DNA of 37,258 bases, from positions 1-37,258 of IMG/VR virus record IMGVR_UViG_3300033067_000387; one strand, given 5' to 3'. Positions 9,157 to 17,959 of this stretch are shown here, piece by piece (position 1 is the first letter of the stretch; each line of letters starts with the position of its first letter). The notes beneath the pieces are model-generated. The model saw only the letters and a list, made by a program, of their open reading frames with translations. It ran no database searches and was not told where the DNA came from. The stretch comes from a virus. Taxonomy: Duplodnaviria > Caudoviricetes. The translations under genes and the position numbers were made by a program.

Positions 9157-9736
9157 GTTCGTCGGTAAAGGTCCGGTTGATGCGATTGAAGGCATGAAAC
9201 GTCTTGGCGTGCATGCCCCGATCGCCGTTCGCCGTTCATTAACGAAAGCCGCTAGGGAATATCAAAAAGGAATTCAGTCGGCAATCCCGATGACGAAGAC
9301 TCCGGGGCATAGCCGAGAGAACATTGTTTCGGCAATTGGATATAAGGTTCAAGTCAAGAAGGGCGAAGTTGTGATGGCCAAGGTTGGTATCAATGTTGGC
9401 AAGAAGAATCCACGACGGAGGATCAAGGGGGGAGAGTCTGTTGCGAGATTCAATGCTCGAAAGGCCATGATAAAGCCGTTCAACTTGGCGAATCCAGTGG
9501 CTCACTTACTGGTACTGGGAACGATGGATCGGTGGACAGGAAAGAGAACGTGGAAGACCCGTAGCGGGAAAGTTCAATCTCGTTCAACCGGAAACCCGCG
9601 ATTATACCGAGGTCGCGTACGAGGATATCCGTTTGTCGTTCGCGGCGTGATGAACGCTGATGCATCAGTAAAACGGCAGTTCCCTCAGTGGCTCCAAAAG
9701 GAGATTGAGAAGGAACTTGGAAAGCGGGGCCGCTGA
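9149..9736 (+). CDS. HK97 gp10-like neck/tail completion protein
   Basis: Basic protein, HLLVLGT ... PFVVRG pattern, canonical position. Confidence 0.7.
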   Translation: MIKFVGKGPVDAIEGMKRLGVHAPIAVRRSLTKAAREYQKGIQSAIPMTKTPGHSRENIVSAIGYKVQVKKGEVVMAKVGINVGKKNPRRRIKGGESVARFNARKAMIKPFNLANPVAHLLVLGTMDRWTGKRTWKTRSGKVQSRSTGNPRLYRGRVRGYPFVVRGVMNADASVKRQFPQWLQKEIEKELGKRGR

Positions 9737-10155
9737 TGGGAATTCGAGCGGACATCAAAACATATCTAGCATCAGTTTCGGCGATTACATCGCTGGTCTC
9801 GACTCGCATTTACGGAGTTGTCATTGATCCAGTTAAGACGGCTGGTGCGGACTGCATTGTTTATGCTGCGGCTTCATCTTCCGAAGGCCATCAGCTTGCT
9901 ACCGGAACGGCTGGATTTGATGATCGAACATTTCAAATTATGGCGAGGTCTAAAGATCTTGATAATGCGGAAGCGATTGCAGATGCCGTACGATCTGCCA
10001 TGAAAGGGTACAAAGGCACTGCCGGTTCGTCAAATTTCCTGTCGGTAATACTTCTGGATGAGGTCGATGGATACGACCAACCTGAAGACAATAGTTATGC
10101 GGGTCAGTATGTAATCACGCAAACATACTTCATCAAACGGGTGGAGACACTTTAA
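9736..10155 (+). CDS. Tail terminator (DUF3168-like)
   Basis: AITSLVSTRIY, FQIMARS, AEAIADAVRSAM; precedes the tail tube gene. Confidence 0.8.
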   Translation: MGIRADIKTYLASVSAITSLVSTRIYGVVIDPVKTAGADCIVYAAASSSEGHQLATGTAGFDDRTFQIMARSKDLDNAEAIADAVRSAMKGYKGTAGSSNFLSVILLDEVDGYDQPEDNSYAGQYVITQTYFIKRVETL

Positions 10156-10179
10156 CACTTAGTCTGAAAGGGCAACACA

Positions 10180-10590
10180 ATGGCAATTATGCCGGGCAAA
10201 GGGGCAACCCTCAAGGTGACGATTTCGGCGACTCCGACAACGATTGGACAAATCGTTTCGATTACCGCTCCTCAGATTTCAAATCCAACCGTCGATACGA
10301 CGGATCTTGATGACACATGGCGGACGTTCCAGTCGACGATCCTCGACGGAGGGGAGTTGACGTTTGTGGTCAACTGGGATACCGCTGACGCTCAGCACGC
10401 GGCACTGTGGACCAAGTTGACTGGCGGGGCCTCGGAGGTGTGGCTGATTACCTATGCCGACACTGGAACAACGACTGTCGGGTTTTCTGGTCCGATTACT
10501 TCGTTCCAGCCGAGTCCGGCGACTGTTGATGGGATTGTTACCGTAACGCTGACGATCAAGGTTAGCGGAACTATTACTCTCACTCCGTAA
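10180..10590 (+). CDS. Tail tube (major tail) protein
   Basis: VDTTDLDD, DGGELTFVVNWD, TLTIKVSG. Confidence 0.9.
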   Translation: MAIMPGKGATLKVTISATPTTIGQIVSITAPQISNPTVDTTDLDDTWRTFQSTILDGGELTFVVNWDTADAQHAALWTKLTGGASEVWLITYADTGTTTVGFSGPITSFQPSPATVDGIVTVTLTIKVSGTITLTP

Positions 10591-10599
10591 GGTGCAAAT

Positions 10600-10983
10600 A
10601 TGGGACTGTTGACGAAAAGCGACATCTTGGCGAGTCGCTTGAAGTCTGAGGTTGTGGAGGTTCCCGAATGGGGCGGATCGGTCCGCGTTCGGGAACTTTC
10701 CGCAGTTCAGAGAGATTCTTGGGATTCTACATTCCGATTCGATGCGGAAGGGAACGCTACTATTGAATCTCTCCGGAATATGCGAGCGAGGATGTGTGCC
10801 ATGTCAATCGTCGATGAAAACGATATGCCTGTTTTCTCGCCTACTGAGACTGAGCAACTCGGACAACTTTCAGGAGTTGCTCTGCATCGGGTGTATGCGG
10901 TTTGTCGTCGATTGAATGGAATGGATGAGAGTGTGGCAAAAAACTCCGAAGCAACCCCAGACGGCGATTCTATCTCCGTTTAG
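10600..10983 (+). CDS. Tail assembly chaperone (gpG-like)
   Basis: VEVPEWGGSVRVRELS; lies between tube and tape measure; slippery site near the 3' end. Confidence 0.88.
   Translation: MGLLTKSDILASRLKSEVVEVPEWGGSVRVRELSAVQRDSWDSTFRFDAEGNATIESLRNMRARMCAMSIVDENDMPVFSPTETEQLGQLSGVALHRVYAVCRRLNGMDESVAKNSEATPDGDSISV
10938..10944 (+). other. -1 programmed frameshift site A AAA AAC
   Basis: XXXYYYZ heptamer in the correct phase (GCA AAA AAC). The -1 frame is open: LRSNPRRRFYLRLARDLKFASVNVMLSELTSSELSEWIEFY. Confidence 0.85.
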
Positions 10984-11195
10984 CTCGAGATCTAAAGTTC
11001 GCCAGCGTGAATGTGATGCTGTCGGAACTGACGAGCAGCGAGCTATCGGAGTGGATCGAGTTCTACATCTGGGAGTCTGAGGGTTGCCCGATTGAAAAAC
11101 GAGAAACGCATCAAACACCTGAGCAGCAAATAGCGTTCTGGAAGGTGTTTGCTCCGTGGCACAACGCGAGAGTCGAGGCTGTGAATGGCCAATGA
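10944..11195 (+). CDS. gpT-like portion of the frameshifted tail chaperone (gpGT)
   Basis: Open -1 frame after the slippery site with the SSELSEWIEFY motif; overlaps the tape measure start. Confidence 0.8.
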   Translation, partial: LRSNPRRRFYLRLARDLKFASVNVMLSELTSSELSEWIEFYIWESEGCPIEKRETHQTPEQQIAFWKVFAPWHNARVEAVNGQ

Positions 11196-12537
11196 TATCA
11201 AATATGACATTATCGCGGATGCGACGCGATTCGGTAACGGTGTTCGGACTGCGGAGAAGGACGCAATACGTCTTCATAATACGATGAACCGGATTTCGGC
11301 TCAGTCGGCTGAATCGATGAATGGGCTTAGCAAGTCTTCACGCAACGGATCAATGATTATTAAGCAACTTGCCTTTGCTGCCGAAGATGCTGCCACTCAA
11401 TTCGGTACTCGCGGATTGGCCGGCGCGATGATGGCGGCAGGAAACAACATCACGTTTGCGGCTTCGATGATGGGAGGGTCCATCGGAGTCATCACATCTA
11501 TGGCACTGACAGGTGCCATGCTGGCAATGACGTATTTTCGTATTGGAAACAACGCCAAAACAGCCGCCAATGATGTCGATGTGTTTGCTGATGCACTGAG
11601 GTCGCAGCAGGATCAACTGAAAGAGAATATTAAATTTCAACAGAAATTGTCTGATCTAAGAACTACAGAAAAGGCGGAGTCTGAAAGGAAGGGGATTGCT
11701 GAAGATATCGAGCAACGTGCGGCTGCCATCGAGGACCTGAAACGGCAGTCAAGAAATCTCCAAGCGGTAATTGATCAAGCCAAGAAAACCAATTCAGGAC
11801 TAGATCAGGAATACGGATTTATCGGTCAATGGATGCTAGGCACTGATACAAGCACGCAAGAGAAACAGTTAGGCAAACTTCGCGAACTACTGAACCAGGA
11901 GGAGTTAGAGGTCGCAAAGTCTCGGTCTAGGCTAAGTCAGTTAAAGGAGTCGGAACCTGCGATCAAGTCGAGGGAGGAAACTGACAAGGCGAAAGAAAAG
12001 GCGAAGCAAGACGCGGAGGATCAAAAGAAACTGATTGAGGACTTGGCCAATGAGTCGATGACGGCTCAAGACCGATACCTGAAACGGATGCAAGAAATCC
12101 AGTCTCTCCGAAGCATGGGAAAGATTACAGAAGAACAATCCGCCAAATATCAGAAGTATGCGGCGGATCAATTGGAGAAACAGGTTCAATCTCAACGGGA
12201 GTCAAACCGACTTCTCGCCGGAGCTATGGATATCCGATCCGCTGAAGCCTACGGCGTAATGGCAAAAGCCGAGGCGATGGCAACGAAGCCTTTCCGTCGA
12301 TTCATGCTTCCTCAACTTCCGCAAGAGCCGAAGCCAATCGCCGAGACGAAATCAATCGATCAGATCATCCAAGAGTGGTTCGTTAAATCGCAGATTGCCG
12401 GAGGTGATGCAATTATAAATTCCAGTGGATCATCCAAGGAGTCGCTAAAGGCTGAACAGGAGTCCGCCATCGGCATCAAGAGGATTGGCGACATTCTTGA
12501 GCGGCGTCCGTCAATTCCAGTTGTGGGGCTTAACTAA
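11185..12537 (+). CDS. Tape measure protein (short, 450 aa)
   Basis: Position after the chaperones; Ala/Gly hydrophobic segment followed by a long coiled coil. Confidence 0.8.
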   Translation: MANDIKYDIIADATRFGNGVRTAEKDAIRLHNTMNRISAQSAESMNGLSKSSRNGSMIIKQLAFAAEDAATQFGTRGLAGAMMAAGNNITFAASMMGGSIGVITSMALTGAMLAMTYFRIGNNAKTAANDVDVFADALRSQQDQLKENIKFQQKLSDLRTTEKAESERKGIAEDIEQRAAAIEDLKRQSRNLQAVIDQAKKTNSGLDQEYGFIGQWMLGTDTSTQEKQLGKLRELLNQEELEVAKSRSRLSQLKESEPAIKSREETDKAKEKAKQDAEDQKKLIEDLANESMTAQDRYLKRMQEIQSLRSMGKITEEQSAKYQKYAADQLEKQVQSQRESNRLLAGAMDIRSAEAYGVMAKAEAMATKPFRRFMLPQLPQEPKPIAETKSIDQIIQEWFVKSQIAGGDAIINSSGSSKESLKAEQESAIGIKRIGDILERRPSIPVVGLN

Positions 12538-13427
12538 TGGTCGCTGTCACATCGGCATATCGGCATAAAGATTCTCCTCAGCGTGGGAGGGATTCTTGGA
12601 ACGCATCGGATGCGTTCGTTTCGTCGGAGTACACTCGCACCTATCACGCGGTTACGGATGCTGCGACGACTGACGAGACGATCATCCTGCAATCGTCGTA
12701 CATTCCGCAGATGTTCGAGACCGATCCGAACAACTATGATGCGAGGGTGATATCTCGGGAGGCCGTGCGGACGAATTCCCCTACGCTCTGGTCGGTCGAG
12801 GTGACGTATTCGACAGCGGCTCCAACCGCTCAGAATGGAGACACGAACGGTTCACCTCTCGGTGCTCCTGTCGAGTGGGAATCGAGTTTTGAGCCGATCC
12901 AAGTCGTGATGGATTACGACGTGGACGATAACCCTGTCCGGCTGTCGAACGGTCTCAGGCCGAATCCCCCGCTGATGGTCACTCGGTATATGCCGGTCCA
13001 TCGTGCGACATTGGCGGTGTTGACCTATCCGACATCATGGATGAATACCAAAGCGGGGCGGGTGAATTCCGATGACTATCTCGGATGTGCTCCCGGTACG
13101 CTGATGTGCCGAATTCCGTCAGTGAAACAGAGGTATTCCCTCTCGCTGAAGTATTACGTTGTTACCGTGGAGTTTATGTACGATCCGAGGGGCTGGCAAC
13201 CGAGACTATTGAATGCCGGGTATATGGGATTTAACAACGATCCCGGATCGGTTTTGCAGCATATTCTCGACTCCGATGGGCAAGAGGTCACGGAACCTTG
13301 GCCGCTGGATGCTAACGGAGTTGCATTGAGTAAATCGGCGGTGAATGCTGGCACAGGCTACACATTCACAGACGTAACCGCCTATGAATCCGCCGCATTC
13401 TCAACAATGGGACTGGGGGTGCCATGA
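12537..13427 (+). CDS. Putative distal tail / tail-tip hub protein
   Basis: Directly follows the tape measure (TAATG coupling); beta-rich; family not recognised. Confidence 0.55.
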   Translation: MVAVTSAYRHKDSPQRGRDSWNASDAFVSSEYTRTYHAVTDAATTDETIILQSSYIPQMFETDPNNYDARVISREAVRTNSPTLWSVEVTYSTAAPTAQNGDTNGSPLGAPVEWESSFEPIQVVMDYDVDDNPVRLSNGLRPNPPLMVTRYMPVHRATLAVLTYPTSWMNTKAGRVNSDDYLGCAPGTLMCRIPSVKQRYSLSLKYYVVTVEFMYDPRGWQPRLLNAGYMGFNNDPGSVLQHILDSDGQEVTEPWPLDANGVALSKSAVNAGTGYTFTDVTAYESAAFSTMGLGVP

Positions 13428-13813
13428 GTGGAGTTGTTCCGTCAAAGGATGCCTGGGACGCAATCCGGGAGATGTATCGCTGGTGGCGTTCCTATCGCAC
13501 GCAGGGAGCACAGAACGGCCAGATGGGGCAGGCTGAACGGCGTATTTCCCGCCATCCCCTCCGCCTCGTCATCACCACGGAGGAGATCGAGCCGGATACC
13601 TACGGCGGCTTCAAGTTCACGCAAGGGGCTAAGGGGTCTGAGGCGGTTTTTGGTACAGAGTACCAGGGCTTCTACCGTGCATCATCTTCGACCGATCCAC
13701 AAAATCTTCCGTCTGGCACTCTCTGCTTTGCGATATGGGTTCCGTGTGACACTCTCACTGAAGATCAGACAGGCTGGGAGCTGACGCCTGTTCATTGTAT
13801 TGAGGCGGCCTAA
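13424..13813 (+). CDS. Putative minor tail protein
   Basis: Translationally coupled on both sides within the tail module. Confidence 0.5.
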   Translation: MSGVVPSKDAWDAIREMYRWWRSYRTQGAQNGQMGQAERRISRHPLRLVITTEEIEPDTYGGFKFTQGAKGSEAVFGTEYQGFYRASSSTDPQNLPSGTLCFAIWVPCDTLTEDQTGWELTPVHCIEAA

Positions 13814-14925
13814 TGCCTAACTTCTGGGGTTGCCGGTGCTGCGGAGGACAGGCAAGCGAGGTCACCTATCGCGTCTTCACGACTGCGGGTGACTTGGTCT
13901 GGTCGAAGAATAATCAGCTTGACGGAATTTGGATTGATTCTGGCAATAGGGTCTTGGTGACTGGCACGACGTATGGTCCACCGATTCCATCGAGCTACCT
14001 TCGTGACTTTGCGATTCTTGATGTTTCAACGGGGGTTGTAACGCTCTCTCAGACTGCCTCCAATAATGTGCATTCCAAGTGGCGGAAGATGGCGACGGCC
14101 TCAGATGGTTCGATCTATGATGTGTGGAGCGAATTCGACGGACTCACGAAATACAGCAGTAGCTTTACCGAGCTGTGGGACGAAACGATTCCTGGAGCAT
14201 TCGGAGGACTCTGGGACTATTCCAGCGGCTTTCCTCCAGCACTATTCGGGCCTGCTCTGTCGATTGGGGAGGATCTGGTTTTACAGACAATCAGCGGGCC
14301 TGCCGATGATGGGGTGCTGATCTACAGTTCATCGGGGGCATTCGACCACTACAGCGTCACAGACAGCAGGAGTGGCGCGATTCTCGGAGCATGGTTCGAC
14401 GCCGATGATAACTACTACGTCGCCTTTTCAGGGTACGCAAATTTCGACGGAGCGAATATCTGCATGGTCGGAAAGTTCGCATCGGATGGAACTTTTCTGG
14501 CAAACATTGGGACAGATTCGGAAGTGCATCGACTGCTCTATCCAATGAAGCGGTCTCCCGGATTTCTTCTCGGATGGAACGGGACAGGCTTCAATTCGTT
14601 TCCGTCGAGTCCAAAAAAGATCTACGTCTACGACTACGACGGAACAACGACGGCGAGCTTTGATCTGACTGACTCTCCATTCGGATGTACAAGCACAATC
14701 AACGAAATGGATGTTGATTGGAATGGCAATATTTTCGTGACGTTCGACAACTCGAAACTCGCCTGTTTTGACCCTGGCCTGAATCCGGTCTGGATGTTTG
14801 AGGAGAACCCTTCGGGCGAGTCGATCCTCTCTCTCAGAGGGTTGGCGGTTTGCGATACGCATATTGCCATCGGTGGCTTCGCAAAGCTGGAGTCGGTCAC
14901 GGATGACAACTTCACATTCTTCTAG
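13813..14925 (+). CDS. Putative receptor-binding protein, beta-propeller-like
   Basis: Repeated blade-like motifs (DSGNRVLVTG, SDGSIYDV, DADDNYYVA, DWNGNIFVT); last gene of the tail module; Cys-rich start GCRCCGG. Confidence 0.55.
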   Translation: MPNFWGCRCCGGQASEVTYRVFTTAGDLVWSKNNQLDGIWIDSGNRVLVTGTTYGPPIPSSYLRDFAILDVSTGVVTLSQTASNNVHSKWRKMATASDGSIYDVWSEFDGLTKYSSSFTELWDETIPGAFGGLWDYSSGFPPALFGPALSIGEDLVLQTISGPADDGVLIYSSSGAFDHYSVTDSRSGAILGAWFDADDNYYVAFSGYANFDGANICMVGKFASDGTFLANIGTDSEVHRLLYPMKRSPGFLLGWNGTGFNSFPSSPKKIYVYDYDGTTTASFDLTDSPFGCTSTINEMDVDWNGNIFVTFDNSKLACFDPGLNPVWMFEENPSGESILSLRGLAVCDTHIAIGGFAKLESVTDDNFTFF

Positions 14926-14980
14926 GTTACACTTAAGCCTGCAACACTTGCGATGATAGATCCTCTCGACGTGAATCCAC

Positions 14981-15015
14981 TTGACCTCCATTTCGCCCGT
15001 CCGTAACATACGGGC
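14981..15015 (+). promoter_or_regulatory. Promoter and operator-like inverted repeat for the XRE gene (probably leaderless)
   Basis: TTGACC (14981-14986), 17 bp, TAACAT (15004-15009). ATG follows 6 nt later with no SD. GCCCGT...ACGGGC flanks the -10. Confidence 0.65.
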
Positions 15016-15294
15016 ATGAATACTTCACTTCTGAACGATGACGGCGTGCGGACGGCAGTTTCCTCGAATCTGGCGAAGATTCTTGAGGAGCAGGGGAAGT
15101 CCATTTACTGGCTGATGAAGTCGATGGACGTTTCGTCCGGCACAATTTACCCGATACTTCGCGGGGTTGCGGTGCCGTCTGCAACGATGCTGGCGAATAT
15201 CGCGACGATTTTGGAAGTGAGCACGGATGACATTCTGGAGGTTCCGGAAGAGAAGATTTTGAGAAAATCCAGAAAATCCAAAAAGAACGGTTGA
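15016..15294 (+). CDS. XRE / Cro-C1 HTH transcriptional regulator
   Basis: NLAKILEEQGKSIYWL, VSSGTIYPILRG, PSATMLANIATILEVSTDDIL. Confidence 0.9.
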   Translation: MNTSLLNDDGVRTAVSSNLAKILEEQGKSIYWLMKSMDVSSGTIYPILRGVAVPSATMLANIATILEVSTDDILEVPEEKILRKSRKSKKNG

Positions 15295-15319
15295 CAGGGT
15301 TACGGTTTAACGCAAGAAT
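15291..15319 (+). promoter_or_regulatory. Sigma70-like early promoter
   Basis: TTGACA (15291-15296), 17 bp, AAGAAT (15314-15319). Confidence 0.6.
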
Positions 15320-15323
15320 GCTC

Positions 15324-15357
15324 CCCGTTGAGTCGATGTTGATTCAGCGGGTTTTTT
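15324..15357 (+). terminator. Intrinsic terminator
   Basis: CCCGTTGAGTC / GATTCAGCGGG 11-bp stem (with G-U pairs) followed by TTTTTT. Confidence 0.75.
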
Positions 15358-15372
15358 ATTGGAGGTGGTGAA

Positions 15373-16239
15373 ATGGCTGTACATTGGCATGACTTTGCAT
15401 ATCAAAAGCTGACTCCGGAGCTTGCATTGAAATTCCGGTTGATGACGCCAACAAGGCGTGAGCGAAAGATGAGCGAGGAGAGATTAGAGAAATATCAGAA
15501 ACTGTTGGACAACGATAAATTTGTTTGGCATTGGTGTCACTGGGTCACGGCTTACTGCCGAGAAGACAGAACGCTTTATAGGGTCAACGGGCAGCATACG
15601 TCACAGCTCGCATGCAACCTCTTCGAGTCTGGAAAGAATACACACAGAGTGATAGTTGTTGAGAGGTGGGAGGTAGACACAGTTGACGAGGTACTGGATA
15701 TCTACCTGATGCTTGATTCCGTAAAGGGGTCGAGAAAACTTGGCGATATGATTACCGCGATTTCGGGAGAAATCTCCGGTCTCGAAAACGCAAATCAGGT
15801 CTGGCTTGGACAGGTGACAGCAGGCGTGTCTATGGCACTGCAGCACATGAAGGAGTTGCCATCAAAGCTAGAGGTAGAGGATAGAGCTATTCTTCCAAGG
15901 ACTTGGCATGAGTTCTACAGATGGGTTGAGTACATTGGCCTGAAAGTCGATAAAAAACGATACGCCAAAGCAGCCGTTGTCGCAGCGATGTTTCTCGTCT
16001 GGCGGAAAGACGTCGATCTTGCATATGAGTTTTTCAAGCCATTCTTCGATACATCAATGGAACTTAGTGGAACTAGGCGATTACTCGACGTTGTGGTCAG
16101 GTCGTCTATCGACCAAGGAAAGGCCGACCGTAAGGATCTGTTCTACAGGTGTATCATCGCATTTAATGCATGGAATCGCGGCATAGAACTGAAGATCATC
16201 AAGCTGCTTCCAGACCATCCTCCGAAACTTGACCTCTAG
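15373..16239 (+). CDS. Hypothetical protein, ParB/DGQHR-like N-terminal motif
   Basis: LYRVNGQHT resembles the (I/V)DGQHR motif; strong SD GGAGGT. Confidence 0.55.
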   Translation: MAVHWHDFAYQKLTPELALKFRLMTPTRRERKMSEERLEKYQKLLDNDKFVWHWCHWVTAYCREDRTLYRVNGQHTSQLACNLFESGKNTHRVIVVERWEVDTVDEVLDIYLMLDSVKGSRKLGDMITAISGEISGLENANQVWLGQVTAGVSMALQHMKELPSKLEVEDRAILPRTWHEFYRWVEYIGLKVDKKRYAKAAVVAAMFLVWRKDVDLAYEFFKPFFDTSMELSGTRRLLDVVVRSSIDQGKADRKDLFYRCIIAFNAWNRGIELKIIKLLPDHPPKLDL

Positions 16240-16253
16240 CCAAAGGATACACA

Positions 16254-17063
16254 ATGCACTGGACGCCACTACTGATTCCCGGATTGAATGTTATTCCGAT
16301 TGTTATTCTGGATAAGTCGGGAACACAGGTCCGAGATACGCATAACGAAGAGGCTATCGCGAGCTATACGGACATCTTGAAGGCAGGCGGGAAGCTGCCT
16401 CCAGTAGAGGTCGTCTGGGATGGATCGACGCCAATCCTGAAGGATGGATTTCATCGCACGGAAGCGACTCTTCGTTCCGGTCGTTCGACGATTGAGGCGA
16501 TGGTGACGGAAGGTACTCGCAGGGATGCGATTCTCGGGGCCGTGGATTGCAATCTGAAACATGGGTTGCGATTCACGAGCGCGGACAAGCGGAAGATTGT
16601 CGGAATCTTCTTGGAGGATAAGGAGTGGAGCAAATGGAGCGACCGGGACATTGCCAAGCGTGTCGGATGCTCAAACGACTTTGTTTCTCGTCTTAGGAAA
16701 TCCTCACTGTCATCGAATGACAGTGAGAAGTCCCGAACATACACTACGAAGCACGGAACGCAAGCGGTGATGAAGACCGACAAGATCGGAAAGAAGCCGA
16801 AGGAAGAGATTTCCGAAGTCCGCAAGTCCGCAAAGCAAGAGACTGAAACTAGCAACTGGACTCTCGACCCACCTCTGCCGAAGTTAGTTCCAACCAAATC
16901 CAGTAAGCCGGAATTCCATCACAGCTTCGACCACTTGGTACTGCTGTATGACGCTGTTGGAAAACTCATCGCTATGGCCGATGACATAAATGAGATTCCT
17001 CAGTATGTCTTCGATGCCGTTCGCGATGCGTGGACAGACGCTTTTAACGCGGCAAGAGAATAG
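16254..17063 (+). CDS. ParB/Srx N-terminal domain + HTH protein
   Basis: LPPVEV, LKDGFHRTEA, NLKHGLRFTSADKRK, WSDRDIAKRVGCS. Confidence 0.85.
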   Translation: MHWTPLLIPGLNVIPIVILDKSGTQVRDTHNEEAIASYTDILKAGGKLPPVEVVWDGSTPILKDGFHRTEATLRSGRSTIEAMVTEGTRRDAILGAVDCNLKHGLRFTSADKRKIVGIFLEDKEWSKWSDRDIAKRVGCSNDFVSRLRKSSLSSNDSEKSRTYTTKHGTQAVMKTDKIGKKPKEEISEVRKSAKQETETSNWTLDPPLPKLVPTKSSKPEFHHSFDHLVLLYDAVGKLIAMADDINEIPQYVFDAVRDAWTDAFNAARE

Positions 17064-17079
17064 ATAGCGGCTCGATGCA

Positions 17080-17424
17080 ATGGCGAGTGACGGTGGAATG
17101 ATGATGCAATTCAGTTCTCATCTCTCATTCAACAGACTTCCGGGAATCGAGATTCGAGGAATCATTTTCTACAACGCATGGGGATTCGCTCGAAAAGGAG
17201 ATTCGAGCGTGGGAGAATCGGACTTCATTGAAGACGGTCCGCAGGTAGCGATTACCGAGGTCATGGTGGGCCTGTTCGATTCTCTCGTTCCCCTTGATTT
17301 ATCGAGGTGTTCGTCTGAAACACGCAAGCAAATGGAGGATCTCGTATTCGATATGGTCGGTCACTCGGTAATCGAGGAACGACTATGGGAAACTCAAAAC
17401 TGTCGGGACGGGGGTCCGGAGTAG
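17080..17424 (+). CDS. Hypothetical protein
   Basis: ORF fills the gap in the co-directional array; start uncertain. Confidence 0.5.
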   Translation: MASDGGMMMQFSSHLSFNRLPGIEIRGIIFYNAWGFARKGDSSVGESDFIEDGPQVAITEVMVGLFDSLVPLDLSRCSSETRKQMEDLVFDMVGHSVIEERLWETQNCRDGGPE

Positions 17425-17477
17425 TAGTCGACTAAAGTGAGAAGCTGCTCCGCAGGGTTCGACTCCCTGCCGACGGA
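17400..17477 (+). ncRNA. tRNA-like structure (non-canonical)
   Basis: Acceptor-like stem CTGTCGG/CCGACGG, perfect T-arm CAGGG-TTCGACT-CCCTG, long central stem CGGAGTAG/CTGCTCCG. No normal D or anticodon arm and no CCA. Confidence 0.4.
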
Positions 17478-17661
17478 CTTGAATGAAAATCCTGTATCCC
17501 GAGTGTGTAGCTCGGGGAGATAGCACGACCTGCCGTCGATGTTCGGCGGCAGGTCGTTTCAAAACACGAGGGAACTATGAGCGTGGAATCATGGGCTGCC
17601 ATCGGGTGTTTAATCGTCGCGGTAATCTGCCGCATCCAACTCGGAAACATGGAGGAGAATC

Positions 17662-17952
17662 ATGCTGGTTTTGAGTCGCAAGGAAGGGGAGCGGATCATT
17701 GTCAACGGGCCATGCATTATCGAGGTCGTCCGCATCGGTCCACCAGGCAAAGGGAATGTCCGTCTCGGAATCACGGCAGAAAAGAATGTCCCAATTCTGC
17801 GAGAGGAGATTGTCGATGAATCCAGCGACGTTCATGCTTTGCGTGCTGGTATCGCTCGTTCCATTCCCGGTTGCCATGTTCTGGCTGTGGGTGAGGCCGC
17901 AGGAGACGTTGGAGGAATGGTACGAGAGGACGAGGAAGGAGAACGCGAATGA
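17662..17952 (+). CDS. csrA: Carbon storage regulator CsrA/RsmA-family RNA-binding protein
   Basis: MLVLSRKEGERI, VRLGITA, VPILREEI; SD GGAGGAG. Confidence 0.92.
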   Translation: MLVLSRKEGERIIVNGPCIIEVVRIGPPGKGNVRLGITAEKNVPILREEIVDESSDVHALRAGIARSIPGCHVLAVGEAAGDVGGMVREDEEGERE

Positions 17953-17959
17953 AAAATAA
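17816..17959 (+). CDS. Small single-TM protein overlapping the csrA 3' half
   Basis: SD GAGGAG; MNPATFMLCVLVSLVPFPVAMFWLWVRPQETLEEWYERTRKENANEK. Confidence 0.45.
   Translation: MNPATFMLCVLVSLVPFPVAMFWLWVRPQETLEEWYERTRKENANEK

Noticed and set aside
16229-16256. TTGACC as a promoter for the ParB-like gene
   Set aside because: No acceptable -10 at 16-18 bp spacing.
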